Below are positions 42,056 through 50,971 of a DNA stretch of 64,000 nt, piece after piece. Each line of letters opens with the position of its first letter. Position 1 is the stretch's first letter. Below the pieces are notes generated by a model. That model worked only from the letters and a program-made list of their open reading frames with translations. It was not told the origin of the DNA and made no database searches. The position numbers were made by a program, and so were the translations under genes. The stretch is from an uncultured Chloroflexia bacterium (GTDB lineage Bacteria > Chloroflexota > Ktedonobacteria > Ktedonobacterales > Ktedonobacteraceae): assembly GCA_963769535.1 (NCBI GenBank), contig CAVYMC010000005.1, forward strand, positions 89,084-153,083, read 5' to 3'.

Positions 42056-42298
42056 ATCCCGACCGTCCTGATGAATTTTGTCGACCGAATGGGGGAATGA
42101 TGCGAAAGGGACGCAAGCATCCCGACCGTCCTGATGAATTTTGTCGACCGAATGGGGGAATGGAGATGCCCCGGCGTCCTGATGAATATTCACGACCAAA
42201 ACCGGTAATGGGGGAAAGGGGTCGTCTTCTGTAGGGACAAGGGGCGGGGCAGTACGCATTGCTGCATTCGGTTGTCAAAGTTCATTAGGACGGAGGCA
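42056..42298. repeat. family C/D repeat cluster (two perfect 44-nt direct copies, one degenerate copy, one inverted copy)
   Basis: 'atcccgaccgtcctgatgaattttgtcgaccgaatgggggaatg' at 42056-42099 and 42119-42162, a degenerate copy at ~42167-42218, 'gtagggacaaggggcgggg' at 42231-42249, and an inverted unit at 42259-42296. Confidence 0.85.
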
Positions 42299-42315
42299 AC
42301 CGTGAAGGTTGTTGT

Positions 42316-43135
42316 CTACCGTTCCAGTTCATACATCACGCTGGCTACAGTCGCCAATGCCGCAGTCTCGGCTCGCAGTATGCGCGAACCAAGCGATACT
42401 ACCTGCGCGCCGTGTTGCTGCGCCTGATCGACCTCTTCTGCCGTCAGACCGCCTTCGGGACCGATGAAAATGATTACCGTGATTGGATTATGTAGCCCAG
42501 GTAGATGTTGACCCGAGGGCGACCGCAAGGGTCCTCTCCCCTCATCTTCACCACCCCCGCCCTTACTATGAACGGGGTTTCGTAACGCATCGCGCAGCAT
42601 CAGGGCGCGTTCTTCTTCCCAGGGCATGAGCGCGAGTGCGCCGGGCGGCATGTCGTTGAGAACGTCTTTCAAGGGGCGAATGGGCAACAATGCGGGCTGG
42701 CGGGCGCGACCTGATTGTTCGGCGGCTTCCATAATGATGCGTTGCCAGCGTTGCATTTTGGATGTCCCGGCGTCTTCTAAACCGGCCATTGAGCGGCGAC
42801 AGAGAATGGGGGAAAAGACCGAGACGCCCAGTTCCGTGCCTTTTTCCAGCACCCATTCAAAACGCGCCGATTTGAGCAAACCCTGGCAGAGGATGATGCG
42901 CACGGGAGATTCGCTTTTCCCGGCGCGTCGTTCAATTAGCCGGACATCCACCGCGCTTTTGCTGACGCTGGCAATTGTAGCCAGTATCTCATCGCCGCTA
43001 TTATCGAGCAGCGCAACCTGTTCGCCAACCTGCAAATGCAGCACGTCGCGAAGCTGGCGCGCAAGCTCTTTAGGCAATGTAACTATAGCGTCAAGGCTGC
43101 TGTACCAGTTCGGGCGCAACGAAGAAACGGTGCAT
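42316..43135 (-). CDS. rsmE: 16S rRNA (uracil1498-N3)-methyltransferase RsmE (frameshift ~43095 as sequenced)
   Basis: The canonical start 'MHRFFVAPELV' (ATG 43135, RBS GAGGAA) is in a different frame from the body ('IGPEGGLTAEEV', 'LGSRILRAETAALA'). Confidence 0.85.
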
Positions 43136-43136
43136 C

Positions 43137-44052
43137 TTATTTCCTCATTACGAGCGTAACCCAATCATCGATCATCACCTGCTCAACCAGCGTCAGGCCA
43201 GCCGCCAGCAAGTGGTTGTTCGGCTTCGTGTTTGCGCTCTTCGATGATGCCACTGGCAATCAGCAGGCCGCCGGGAGCTAACACCCGCGCCAGTTGGGGC
43301 GCAATCGAGCCAATCACACGCGCAATGATATTCGCCAGCACGAGGTCAAATTGTCCCTGCATTCGCGCCGCTTCAGTCTCATCAAGCACGCCCGGCACAA
43401 CGTTGATGGTATCGCTCAAGCCATTGACAGCCGCGTTCGCTGTCGCGCTCTCAACGGCCACGCTGCTGTTATCGATGCAGTAGACGCTGGACGCGCCCAG
43501 CTTCGCCGCAGCTAAGGCCAGAATGCCCGAACCCGTGCCAACGTCCAGCGCGCGCATACCAGATTGCGTGTAGCGTTCAACCTGCTCAAGACACATGCGC
43601 GTAGTGGGATGGAGACCCGTGCCAAAGGCCATACCGGGATCGAGTTCCAGCACAACTTCGTCATTCTGCGGAGCGTATGCGCGCCAGGATGGGCGGATTA
43701 CCAGTCGCTGGCCGATGTGCGTCACATGGAAATAATCTTTCCAGGCATTGGCCCAGTCTTCTTCGTTGACGATGCGCGTCTGTAAATCGCCCACAAAGTG
43801 CGCCCCCAGGCTGGATAGATGCCACAGCCCTTCAGCGACCCGCTGGCGCGCATCCTCTTCCGTGCCATCAACCGGCAGATAGCCATGCACCTTGACTGGC
43901 TGCCCCACCAGCACGCGATACTCCTGCCCCTCGTCGATCAATTCTATAGGTTCTTCAATGGCTACTCCGCCCGGCGTATACTGGCTCAGCAACTCGCTGA
44001 CCGATTCTATGGCTTCGGGGTGTGTTTCAACTGTTAATTCTAACCAGCGCAT
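43137..44052 (-). CDS. prmA: ribosomal protein L11 methyltransferase PrmA (frameshift ~43205 as sequenced)
   Basis: 'MRWLELTVETHPEA', 'DPGMAFGTGLHPTT' and 'DVGTGSGILALAAAKLG'. After correction the C-terminus reads '...AAGLTLVEQVMIDDWVTLVMRK*', with TAA 1 nt before the rsmE ATG. Confidence 0.88.
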
Positions 44053-44108
44053 TACACAATTTTCTCCATCTATTATAGTATCGTGGCGGGGGAGATCCTT
44101 CGCTTCGC

Positions 44109-44984
44109 TCAGGATGACAGGGCGAGATAATCATAGGTAGTCTTGATCTCGAAGCCGCAGGACAGGTACAGGCCGGCGGCGTTGGTATTGTCGGTTTCTA
44201 CATCCAGCATGATGGGTTTATTGCTTTGCGCTTTTGCGATATGGATGAGTTGTTCCAGCATTTCTCGCCCATAACCAAGACCCCGGTAGCCAAGTCGCAC
44301 TTCAAAGGCGTAAATGCCGATCAATTCATCCATGAAATCCAGGCGCACTGTACCGAGCGGCTGGCCGTGCAGCGTGGCGAGGAAAAACCAGAATTGATCG
44401 GGCTTGCCCATCAATTCCGTCACCCACCCCTTGACGCCTTCGACGTTGCCGCTATCGCTTGCCAGGAAGGAAACGATGGTATCGATATCCTCCACACCTG
44501 CGCGCCGCATCGACAGGCCCCCGGTTCTGCGCCCGCGTTCATGGAAGGTACCCAGCCACATCTCGTGCTCGGCGTAGGCCAGTTCCGCGCCGGTTGTGGC
44601 AAGAAACGCTCGCCCGGACTCCGACTTATGCTCGCAGACAAAGATCAGTTTCTGCACACCGCGCTGTTGCAGTTCCGCTTTAGCTGCCGTGAAAAGCGCG
44701 GTGAAAATACCCTGGCGGCGGAAATCGGGATGGACCATGCCGGTGAGTTCTTTTTCTTTCCCGCCGTAGCTATCCGCCTCAAGATAGCCTGCCAGTTGCC
44801 CGTCAGCATAATACAGGAAATCATTCGTTTCGTCCCCGCGACGCTCGCGCAACATCTCCACGCCAATGCGCATCCGCAGCCCGTCATGCGTATTGCAAAC
44901 GTCGATCAGGCGCGAGATTTCGGCGATTTCGCCGGGGGTCAGAGTTTGTTTTGCGACGAGGCCGTGTTTATTGTCGCTTGACAT
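44109..44984 (-). CDS. tandem-GNAT N-acetyltransferase (MshD-like architecture)
   Basis: Two acetyl-CoA motifs, 'FRRQGIFTALF' and 'YRGLGYGREML'. Confidence 0.75.
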   Translation of the reverse strand: MSSDNKHGLVAKQTLTPGEIAEISRLIDVCNTHDGLRMRIGVEMLRERRGDETNDFLYYADGQLAGYLEADSYGGKEKELTGMVHPDFRRQGIFTALFTAAKAELQQRGVQKLIFVCEHKSESGRAFLATTGAELAYAEHEMWLGTFHERGRRTGGLSMRRAGVEDIDTIVSFLASDSGNVEGVKGWVTELMGKPDQFWFFLATLHGQPLGTVRLDFMDELIGIYAFEVRLGYRGLGYGREMLEQLIHIAKAQSNKPIMLDVETDNTNAAGLYLSCGFEIKTTYDYLALSS

Positions 44985-45016
44985 GCTTTCTTCCAATGTA
45001 TCTTGAAACGTCCTTT

Positions 45017-45673
45017 CTAGAAAATATCCATGTCACCCATCGACATCGGCGCTATAAAGTCAAAGTTGCCTGCGCCCGCAGTTTTCTCCAGTTGTCGGAG
45101 GATACGGGCAATGTTGTCATTGGGACCTGCAATAAAAAAAGGCTTTCCATCCCTGCCAAAAGTTATCTTGTACGACTCCTCCAGTTCACCACGCGGTTCC
45201 AGTATATACTGGTTTAGGGCGAAGTCTCTTTCAGGCTGGAAGCCGAACTGCTCCGCGTATTCGATCGAGGCATAAATCATCTGGTGCGCAAGCTCGACGG
45301 GACAATCCTTCGCCTTTGAGCCACGGAAAACCCTGTCACGGATTTCACGCCGATAGCTAGCCAGGGGAACACCTGCATGGGCAAGCGTATTTTTGAGTCC
45401 CAGGCAGAGCTTATCCACAAGATAGAAGCCAAAACAAATATCACCATCGGGTTGTTTGCGGGCTACAAGGATTTCCACAAGCCCTGGCTGCTCTTTTTCC
45501 CAGTCACTGCTGATGCGGCATTCTAAAATAGGATATTCGCGAGCGCGACGAATGATACTCTGCTCCGAAAACGCTGTCAATGTCTGTTGTGGCGTTTTGT
45601 GTTGCGAAGCGACTTTTTGCTTGCTGCGCTTTTTCATCAGCGCTTTCTGGTGTTTTTGTTCATCGCGTGGCAT
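45017..45673 (-). CDS. hypothetical protein (218 aa), last gene of the type VII-like cluster
   Basis: Start 'MPRDEQKH' is preceded by AGGAGG. It has a basic N-terminus and then a globular region. I recognise no family. Confidence 0.5.
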   Translation of the reverse strand: MPRDEQKHQKALMKKRSKQKVASQHKTPQQTLTAFSEQSIIRRAREYPILECRISSDWEKEQPGLVEILVARKQPDGDICFGFYLVDKLCLGLKNTLAHAGVPLASYRREIRDRVFRGSKAKDCPVELAHQMIYASIEYAEQFGFQPERDFALNQYILEPRGELEESYKITFGRDGKPFFIAGPNDNIARILRQLEKTAGAGNFDFIAPMSMGDMDIF

Positions 45674-45717
45674 GTGTATCTTCCTCCTACGGAATATCAC
45701 CGTATATGCTCTGGATA

Positions 45718-45939
45718 TTAGTCGTAGATATCATCGTGATTTACCTGTGAAGGACCCTCAAACGTCCCAACCAAATCAGCGAAAGGGTCTTGCGTCTCCA
45801 TAATACCTTCTCTCATGAGAAATTGCTCCAACGCTTTGCGTAAGATAGCAGATTCGGATGTTTTCTGCTCACGAGCAAGGCGTTTTACTGCTCTATCCTG
45901 TGCAGGGGTGATGTAGAACTGTTTGCGAACCAATTCCAT
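45718..45939 (-). CDS. ribbon-helix-helix (CopG/VapB-like) protein
   Basis: 'VRKQFYITPAQDRAVKRLAREQKTSESAILRKALEQFL' is a typical RHH antitoxin/repressor N-terminus. No PIN or other toxin follows. Confidence 0.7.
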   Translation of the reverse strand: MELVRKQFYITPAQDRAVKRLAREQKTSESAILRKALEQFLMREGIMETQDPFADLVGTFEGPSQVNHDDIYD

Positions 45940-46026
45940 AAATTTGTACCTCTGAGAAGGGACTATACAACATCATAGAGGCACACACAATATATTTCCT
46001 ATGAAAGTCTAGTATTTACTGTCTTT

Positions 46027-46779
46027 TCACATGGATTCCGGCCCTGCATGAGAAGGTCCTTCGTATCGTTCTTTGCGCTCGCCTGGACTACCTTCAGATG
46101 ACTCGGTCTCGCTGCCTGATCTATTTGGGCTTCCTCCTGGACCTCTGTTTGGTCCTGATTCAGGGTTTGTTTCAGTAACCCCATCCGTTGTAGGAAGCCC
46201 TGTTGCTGGACTTGTTCCCTGCGCTGGGATTCCAAGAGAACCAGCACTTATAAAAGCGAGCGATATATCGGAACCAGTTATAGGGGAAAAAGTACCGAGG
46301 CTCTCCGACATATAAGACTCTAAAATCGCCACGCTGTTGCTTAGAAGCTGCGCTCCTTTGAGTAAATCATTATCCAGAACCTGAACCAGTTGCCGGGCCT
46401 GGCGCTGGTAGCTGACAATGGCTTCTTCAATCATTTTTATGTATTGCTGAACAATTCGCAGTTCCTGCTCTGCTTCTTCAACTCGACGCTTTGCTCGCAT
46501 GACCGCAGCTTCTAGCGGGCTGCAATCGGCATAGCCAGCGCTGGCTGCAGCCAACATCAGACAGCCCGCTAAGGCTGTTTCTGCCTCTTCCAGTTGCCGC
46601 CGTCGTCGCTTCAATTCGCTTTGCCAGTACGCCAATCGCTCTTGCAGCCAGGCCCGCGCGCGGTTAATTTCAGCATCAGCAGTCTCTAAGGAGCCTCGCG
46701 CATCGCTCTTGAAACGCATAAGCGCTGCCTTTAATTCTTCCAGTACCGCAATTGAGCGCACATTCGCGGATGAACTCAT
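46027..46779 (-). CDS. coiled-coil protein with Gly/Ser/Pro/Glu-rich disordered C-terminus (possible secretion substrate)
   Basis: Long helical N-terminal half ('LEELKAALMRFKSDARGSLETADAEINRARAWLQERLAYWQSEL'), then the tail 'GTSPATGLPTTDGVTETNPESGPNRGPGGSPNRSGSETESSEGSPGERKE'. Confidence 0.55.
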   Translation of the reverse strand: MSSSANVRSIAVLEELKAALMRFKSDARGSLETADAEINRARAWLQERLAYWQSELKRRRRQLEEAETALAGCLMLAAASAGYADCSPLEAAVMRAKRRVEEAEQELRIVQQYIKMIEEAIVSYQRQARQLVQVLDNDLLKGAQLLSNSVAILESYMSESLGTFSPITGSDISLAFISAGSLGIPAQGTSPATGLPTTDGVTETNPESGPNRGPGGSPNRSGSETESSEGSPGERKERYEGPSHAGPESM

Positions 46780-46789
46780 AGCTTTATTC

Positions 46790-47062
46790 TCATCGTTGAT
46801 TTAGATAATCACGCGCCTTTTGCGCTTTTCTCTTGAGGAATGGAATATGATCATCAGCAACACGTATAAACTGATGCAAGACGCGCATGGTTTGCTGAAA
46901 CTCTTGCGCGAACTTCACCTGCTCCTGGTCACGCCACGTATCACCCAGAGCATTAAATTGTCCCTGTAGACGAGACATGCTATCACGCATTTGAGCATTG
47001 AACTGACCAAGATTCTGAGCAAATCGATCCAGTTCTTCTGGATTAACAACCGCCTGGGGCAT
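46790..47062 (-). CDS. WXG100-like small helical-hairpin protein (90 aa)
   Basis: Two predicted helices joined by 'LGDTWRDQEQ'. RBS AAGGAGAGG. Size and position beside the FtsK-like ATPase fit this call. Confidence 0.55.
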   Translation of the reverse strand: MPQAVVNPEELDRFAQNLGQFNAQMRDSMSRLQGQFNALGDTWRDQEQVKFAQEFQQTMRVLHQFIRVADDHIPFLKRKAQKARDYLNQR

Positions 47063-47109
47063 GTGAAACCTCTCCTTCGTGTTCAGTAAACAACAGTTGA
47101 ATAGATAGG

Positions 47110-50100
47110 CTACTTCTTTCGTCGAATATCCGTAGCAGCTTGTTCTAACCATGTCTTCGCCGGCAAACCATAGGGACGAAATTTTTCAACCTGCCCGGTC
47201 TCTTCGTTTAACAGAAGCGCGCGATACGGGCCAAGTTTGTTCGCGGCAGGCAAATCTACGAGGTGCAAGGAGTCTTCCTGAGACATCTGAAAAACAATGC
47301 GCAACTCAAATTCACGCAGCAGCCCACGCTCAAGCGTGCGATTCAAGTTATTGAGTGTATCACACCATACCAACGTATGGATGCCTGATTCTGGCCCCTC
47401 GCGAAGAATCGTGGAAAACTGTTTGGCGGGACTGAGCGCCTTCGGCTCATCACTGCCAAAAGATGAGTAGCTGAAGTCTTCATCTGGACGCAGGTCACGC
47501 GCGCGCTGTAATCCATAGATGAAAAGGTAGACAGGCGATTTCTTCGCCCCGCCCCCGCCGTCTGCCTCTATACGATCCTGTAATTCATCTGCTATCTCAG
47601 TCATGACCGGAGGCAGCCCACGGCGATTGACGACCTTCACATCATGTGGCAAAATTTGCCCCACATTAGCGAGGAGGTCTGCATAGGTCGCATCCGAGGG
47701 CGTAAAGTCTATCACATAGAAACGAGCCGTGCCGGGAGCATGTTGAGCCGTTAAGCTGAGTAGCGATGTTACCAGCATACCTAACCCGGCTTCCTCCTGT
47801 TGGCCCACGATGAGCAGGTTGCAGCCCGCCTGCGCGCGAATTTGCAGATCCGTTGGCTCTTTGATGGCAATTGGATCACCTACCCAGGCTTGAACAGCTT
47901 TTTGTGGTACGATCCAGCCAGGATTCCTCAACATATCTCTAAGCAAGGCATTTTCCGCCGGATCAGCGTTTTTGCTGCCGTCGAAAATAACCTGTTTCCA
48001 TGCCACTTCATAGCGATGGTGCCGCGAAAACTCTTGAATATGATCGAGATATGTATCAAGCTCTTCATCCGAAAGCCAGCTACATTGGAAGGGGTTGTTC
48101 CCCTCGACCAGACCATTCGCGGCATTATAAATAGCCTCGCCCGGACGCGCAAGCAAGCGAGCCGCGGGATTATCGTCGCTCAATACCAGGCGCGAGTCCG
48201 ATTCTTCGCATTGCAAAGCGATACGTACAGCCATTTGACCAATGGTAGCGCGCGCCAAAGTGTATGCTCCAGCCAGCGTCTGCGAACCAAGCATCACATG
48301 CATACCAAACGCTCGCCCCTGGCGCACAAGTCGATCTAAAAGGAGCGTAGCCTCCTGAGCTACTTTATCATCCTGTGTGAAGAACTCCTGGAACTCGTCT
48401 ACCAGCAGGAGGATGCGCGGCATCCGCACACCCGGCTGGGAACCGCGATACTGCGCAATATCCTGCACGCCGGCTTTGCTAAAGATGTTCTTTCTGCGCT
48501 CCAGTTCAACATCCAGCCGCTGCAACACGCTCAGACCAAACTCGCGTTCGCTCTGAATAGCCACGACGCGAGCATGGGGCAGCGCGCGCGTGGCATAAGG
48601 CGTGAAACCGACCGTTTTGAAGTCCACCAGATACAGTTCAAGCTCATCGGGACTATAGAAGAGAGCCAGATTTGTGATGAGTAGATGCAGCAGAGTAGTC
48701 TTGCCCGATCCAGTTTTACCAACCACCAGAGCATGTTGAGCAGTTCCTTTGCCCAGGTCTAAATACTGTAGTTTTGTAGCGCCAGCGCGCCCCAGCGGAA
48801 CTTTAAGTCCTTCGCGCGTACTCCCTGTCCACCATTCTTCGCGAGGCGGCGCGATGCGCTCAAATGGAACTTTCACTCCACTGGCATCCCTGGCACCCTC
48901 ACCAATCTTTTGCAAAAGCTGATTGAAGAGTTCTAATGGCGGCGGCGTATCCAGCGTTAGCTGGCACTTCTCAATATCCTTATTGCTCTCGTTGGCTGCG
49001 GCTTTCCAGACAAAACGTTGCTCTTCCCAGGCAATCACCGTCGAGACCCGTTCCAGGTCAGCAGGGTTAAAGCTATATGGGGGAGCCTGTTCAATATCCC
49101 ACATCACAATAGTAGAGACACCACACTTCGGGCCATTGGTGGCTATCTCAACCAGCCGAGTAGCAGCTTCCTGGCTAAATTTGACCGGGAAGCCAATCAC
49201 CACCAGGATACGGTACGGCTCGGCAACCTCACCTGCTTGCTTATTGTACTCTTCAATCGTCTTGTACTGTCCGCGCAAATATTTCTGGATAATCACGCTC
49301 ATCTGTTCAGACAGGTTTGCCAGCCGCTGATCAATATCCCTCGTCTCACTCCAGGCTTTGCTGCCAACCAGGTCATTATTATAGTCAGTCAGCATCATAA
49401 ACTGTGAGACGTTCTGTCCAATCCCTACAGGATCAATCAGGGTAAACTCGACCTTCCCAGGCGGCTGAGTCGCCAGCAAACGCAACATCAGCGATTGAAT
49501 AGCAGCGATGGCTGTACTTTTTGCCGCGCCACTTGCCTTGAAGAGGATGTTTTTGTCTCCGGCACTACTGACGAAGGCGGGTATAGTCAGTAATTCCTGA
49601 CCATTCTTGATACTCAAAGTCCCAATTCGAACTGCATAAGAGTTTGTACTCGATGGTTGCCATTCATACCACGCAGCTTCAGTCCAATCAGTACGTAAGG
49701 AACCTGCTTCATGTATAAAAGCCTGAATATCGTAACCGAGTTCGTTTAATTTCTGTTTTGATTTCAGATTAAGTTGTCTTATGAATTCTGAATGAACTTT
49801 ATTAATGTCGTTAATTTTTGTTTGATATCTTCGATCTATTTGCTCTACTTTAACTTTATATTCAATATCTAATTGTTTGATATCTCTTCTATATTGTTCT
49901 TGATAACTGACTATCAGAGTCTGGCGTAAATTCTCTACGAAAGATATATAATACACTATTTTAGAATAATCCTTCATTAAATTTTGGGCTTTCATTTTTT
50001 TATTCGTAAGCTGAATAAAAAATATCAGACCGGAAATTGCGAATACTAATAACCCTGATAAAATTAAGGCAATTATCTGCGAGGTGGTATCAGTGCTTAA

Positions 50101-50637
50101 AATGATCCCAGAACTTGCTAATATAGATAATAGCACTAATGAAATAAGAGTTCCTGTTCCTAATGTTATAGAAGCGTAGCATCCCGGACGAGGCTTTATA
50201 CTTACTAATGTTGAATTCACTCGCTTACTTGCCTCTTCTATAGCGGATTGATACACTAATATTTGCTCAACAAGACTGTTACTATTCGGAATAGCTAGTG
50301 AATTTGGAGTTTCCCTAACTAATTTATCTTGCCACTTAGTTGTGCTAAAATAACTGTTGAGACCATCCCGAATAGATTTTATCCAATTATAAATATAATT
50401 CAAAGAACTATCGTGCTGATATTTTGTACTATTCCAATTTCGTTCAACTTTCTCTTTGTCGCTTTGCCATTTTGATTCTGCAGTTTCTTTGTCGCTTTGC
50501 CATTTTGATTCTGCAGTTTCTTTGTCATGTTTGAAACGAGCTTCGGCTTCAGACCTTTCTAGCTCTAAGTCATGAATGAAACTGTATGAACGCTTAATGA
50601 CCTCGCGTTGTCGTTGCATTAAATTCGTTTTTGTCAT
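47110..50637 (-). CDS. FtsK/SpoIIIE-family membrane ATPase, EssC/EccC-like (three tandem P-loop modules, only the middle one canonical)
   Basis: N-terminal coiled coil, 2 TM segments, degenerate 'FKASGAAKST', canonical 'VVGKTGSGKTTLLH' + 'ILLLVDEFQEF', and degenerate 'NLLIVGQQEEAGLGM'. Confidence 0.85.
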   Translation of the reverse strand: MTKTNLMQRQREVIKRSYSFIHDLELERSEAEARFKHDKETAESKWQSDKETAESKWQSDKEKVERNWNSTKYQHDSSLNYIYNWIKSIRDGLNSYFSTTKWQDKLVRETPNSLAIPNSNSLVEQILVYQSAIEEASKRVNSTLVSIKPRPGCYASITLGTGTLISLVLLSILASSGIILSTDTTSQIIALILSGLLVFAISGLIFFIQLTNKKMKAQNLMKDYSKIVYYISFVENLRQTLIVSYQEQYRRDIKQLDIEYKVKVEQIDRRYQTKINDINKVHSEFIRQLNLKSKQKLNELGYDIQAFIHEAGSLRTDWTEAAWYEWQPSSTNSYAVRIGTLSIKNGQELLTIPAFVSSAGDKNILFKASGAAKSTAIAAIQSLMLRLLATQPPGKVEFTLIDPVGIGQNVSQFMMLTDYNNDLVGSKAWSETRDIDQRLANLSEQMSVIIQKYLRGQYKTIEEYNKQAGEVAEPYRILVVIGFPVKFSQEAATRLVEIATNGPKCGVSTIVMWDIEQAPPYSFNPADLERVSTVIAWEEQRFVWKAAANESNKDIEKCQLTLDTPPPLELFNQLLQKIGEGARDASGVKVPFERIAPPREEWWTGSTREGLKVPLGRAGATKLQYLDLGKGTAQHALVVGKTGSGKTTLLHLLITNLALFYSPDELELYLVDFKTVGFTPYATRALPHARVVAIQSEREFGLSVLQRLDVELERRKNIFSKAGVQDIAQYRGSQPGVRMPRILLLVDEFQEFFTQDDKVAQEATLLLDRLVRQGRAFGMHVMLGSQTLAGAYTLARATIGQMAVRIALQCEESDSRLVLSDDNPAARLLARPGEAIYNAANGLVEGNNPFQCSWLSDEELDTYLDHIQEFSRHHRYEVAWKQVIFDGSKNADPAENALLRDMLRNPGWIVPQKAVQAWVGDPIAIKEPTDLQIRAQAGCNLLIVGQQEEAGLGMLVTSLLSLTAQHAPGTARFYVIDFTPSDATYADLLANVGQILPHDVKVVNRRGLPPVMTEIADELQDRIEADGGGGAKKSPVYLFIYGLQRARDLRPDEDFSYSSFGSDEPKALSPAKQFSTILREGPESGIHTLVWCDTLNNLNRTLERGLLREFELRIVFQMSQEDSLHLVDLPAANKLGPYRALLLNEETGQVEKFRPYGLPAKTWLEQAATDIRRKK
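50455..50520 (-). repeat. perfect 33-nt tandem duplication inside the ATPase N-terminus
   Basis: 'tttgtcgctttgccattttgattctgcagtttc' x2 (50455-50487, 50488-50520), encoding 'KETAESKWQSD' twice. Confidence 0.95.
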
Positions 50638-50719
50638 CTTACATTTCCTAATACTGGAAATAAGTGAATATTTCGAGTTCCTCCACGAATGAAATGTCTT
50701 ATAGATGTTTCATTCTTTT

Positions 50720-50935
50720 TTATCGTACCCTGCGTCGCGCTTCCGCAATCACCTGTGCCAGTCTCTGCATCTCTTTGAGCGTTAATTGTGTCTGGACCTC
50801 AAACAATGCCAGATAATCTTTTTCAAAGCTCCGGCTGACGGGATCATTCCATAAAGGTTTTTTGTCTTCCCAACTTTGATGTAGTACCCTACCGGCGGTA
50901 TTTAGCTGTTCCATCGATGCATCTAAGTCTGCCAT
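50720..50935 (-). CDS. WXG100-like small helical protein (71 aa), first gene of the cluster
   Basis: 'LHQSWEDKKPLWNDP' turn between two helices, with a strong RBS AGGAGGAAG. Confidence 0.5.
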   Translation of the reverse strand: MADLDASMEQLNTAGRVLHQSWEDKKPLWNDPVSRSFEKDYLALFEVQTQLTLKEMQRLAQVIAEARRRVR

Positions 50936-50971
50936 TGCTTCCTCCTAAGAACAAGTATCAAGACCATTGTG

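Noticed and set aside
42056-42220. Possible short CRISPR array (repeated 44-mers with short intervening sequence).
   Set aside because: There are only two perfect copies plus one degenerate copy. The repeat is 44 nt and the 'spacer' only 19 nt. An inverted copy follows, the same unit recurs in palindromic arrangement at 51168-51525, and no cas genes are present. It behaves like a MITE/REP-type repeat.
36585-42300. Integrated island or prophage at the tRNA-Cys/tRNA-Gly locus (and at tRNA-Arg, 21354-21426).
   Set aside because: No integrase, recombinase, transposase or phage-like ORF appears in any frame, and I found no direct repeat of a tRNA 3' end. Only weak contextual hints remain (a repeat cluster and a truncated gene).
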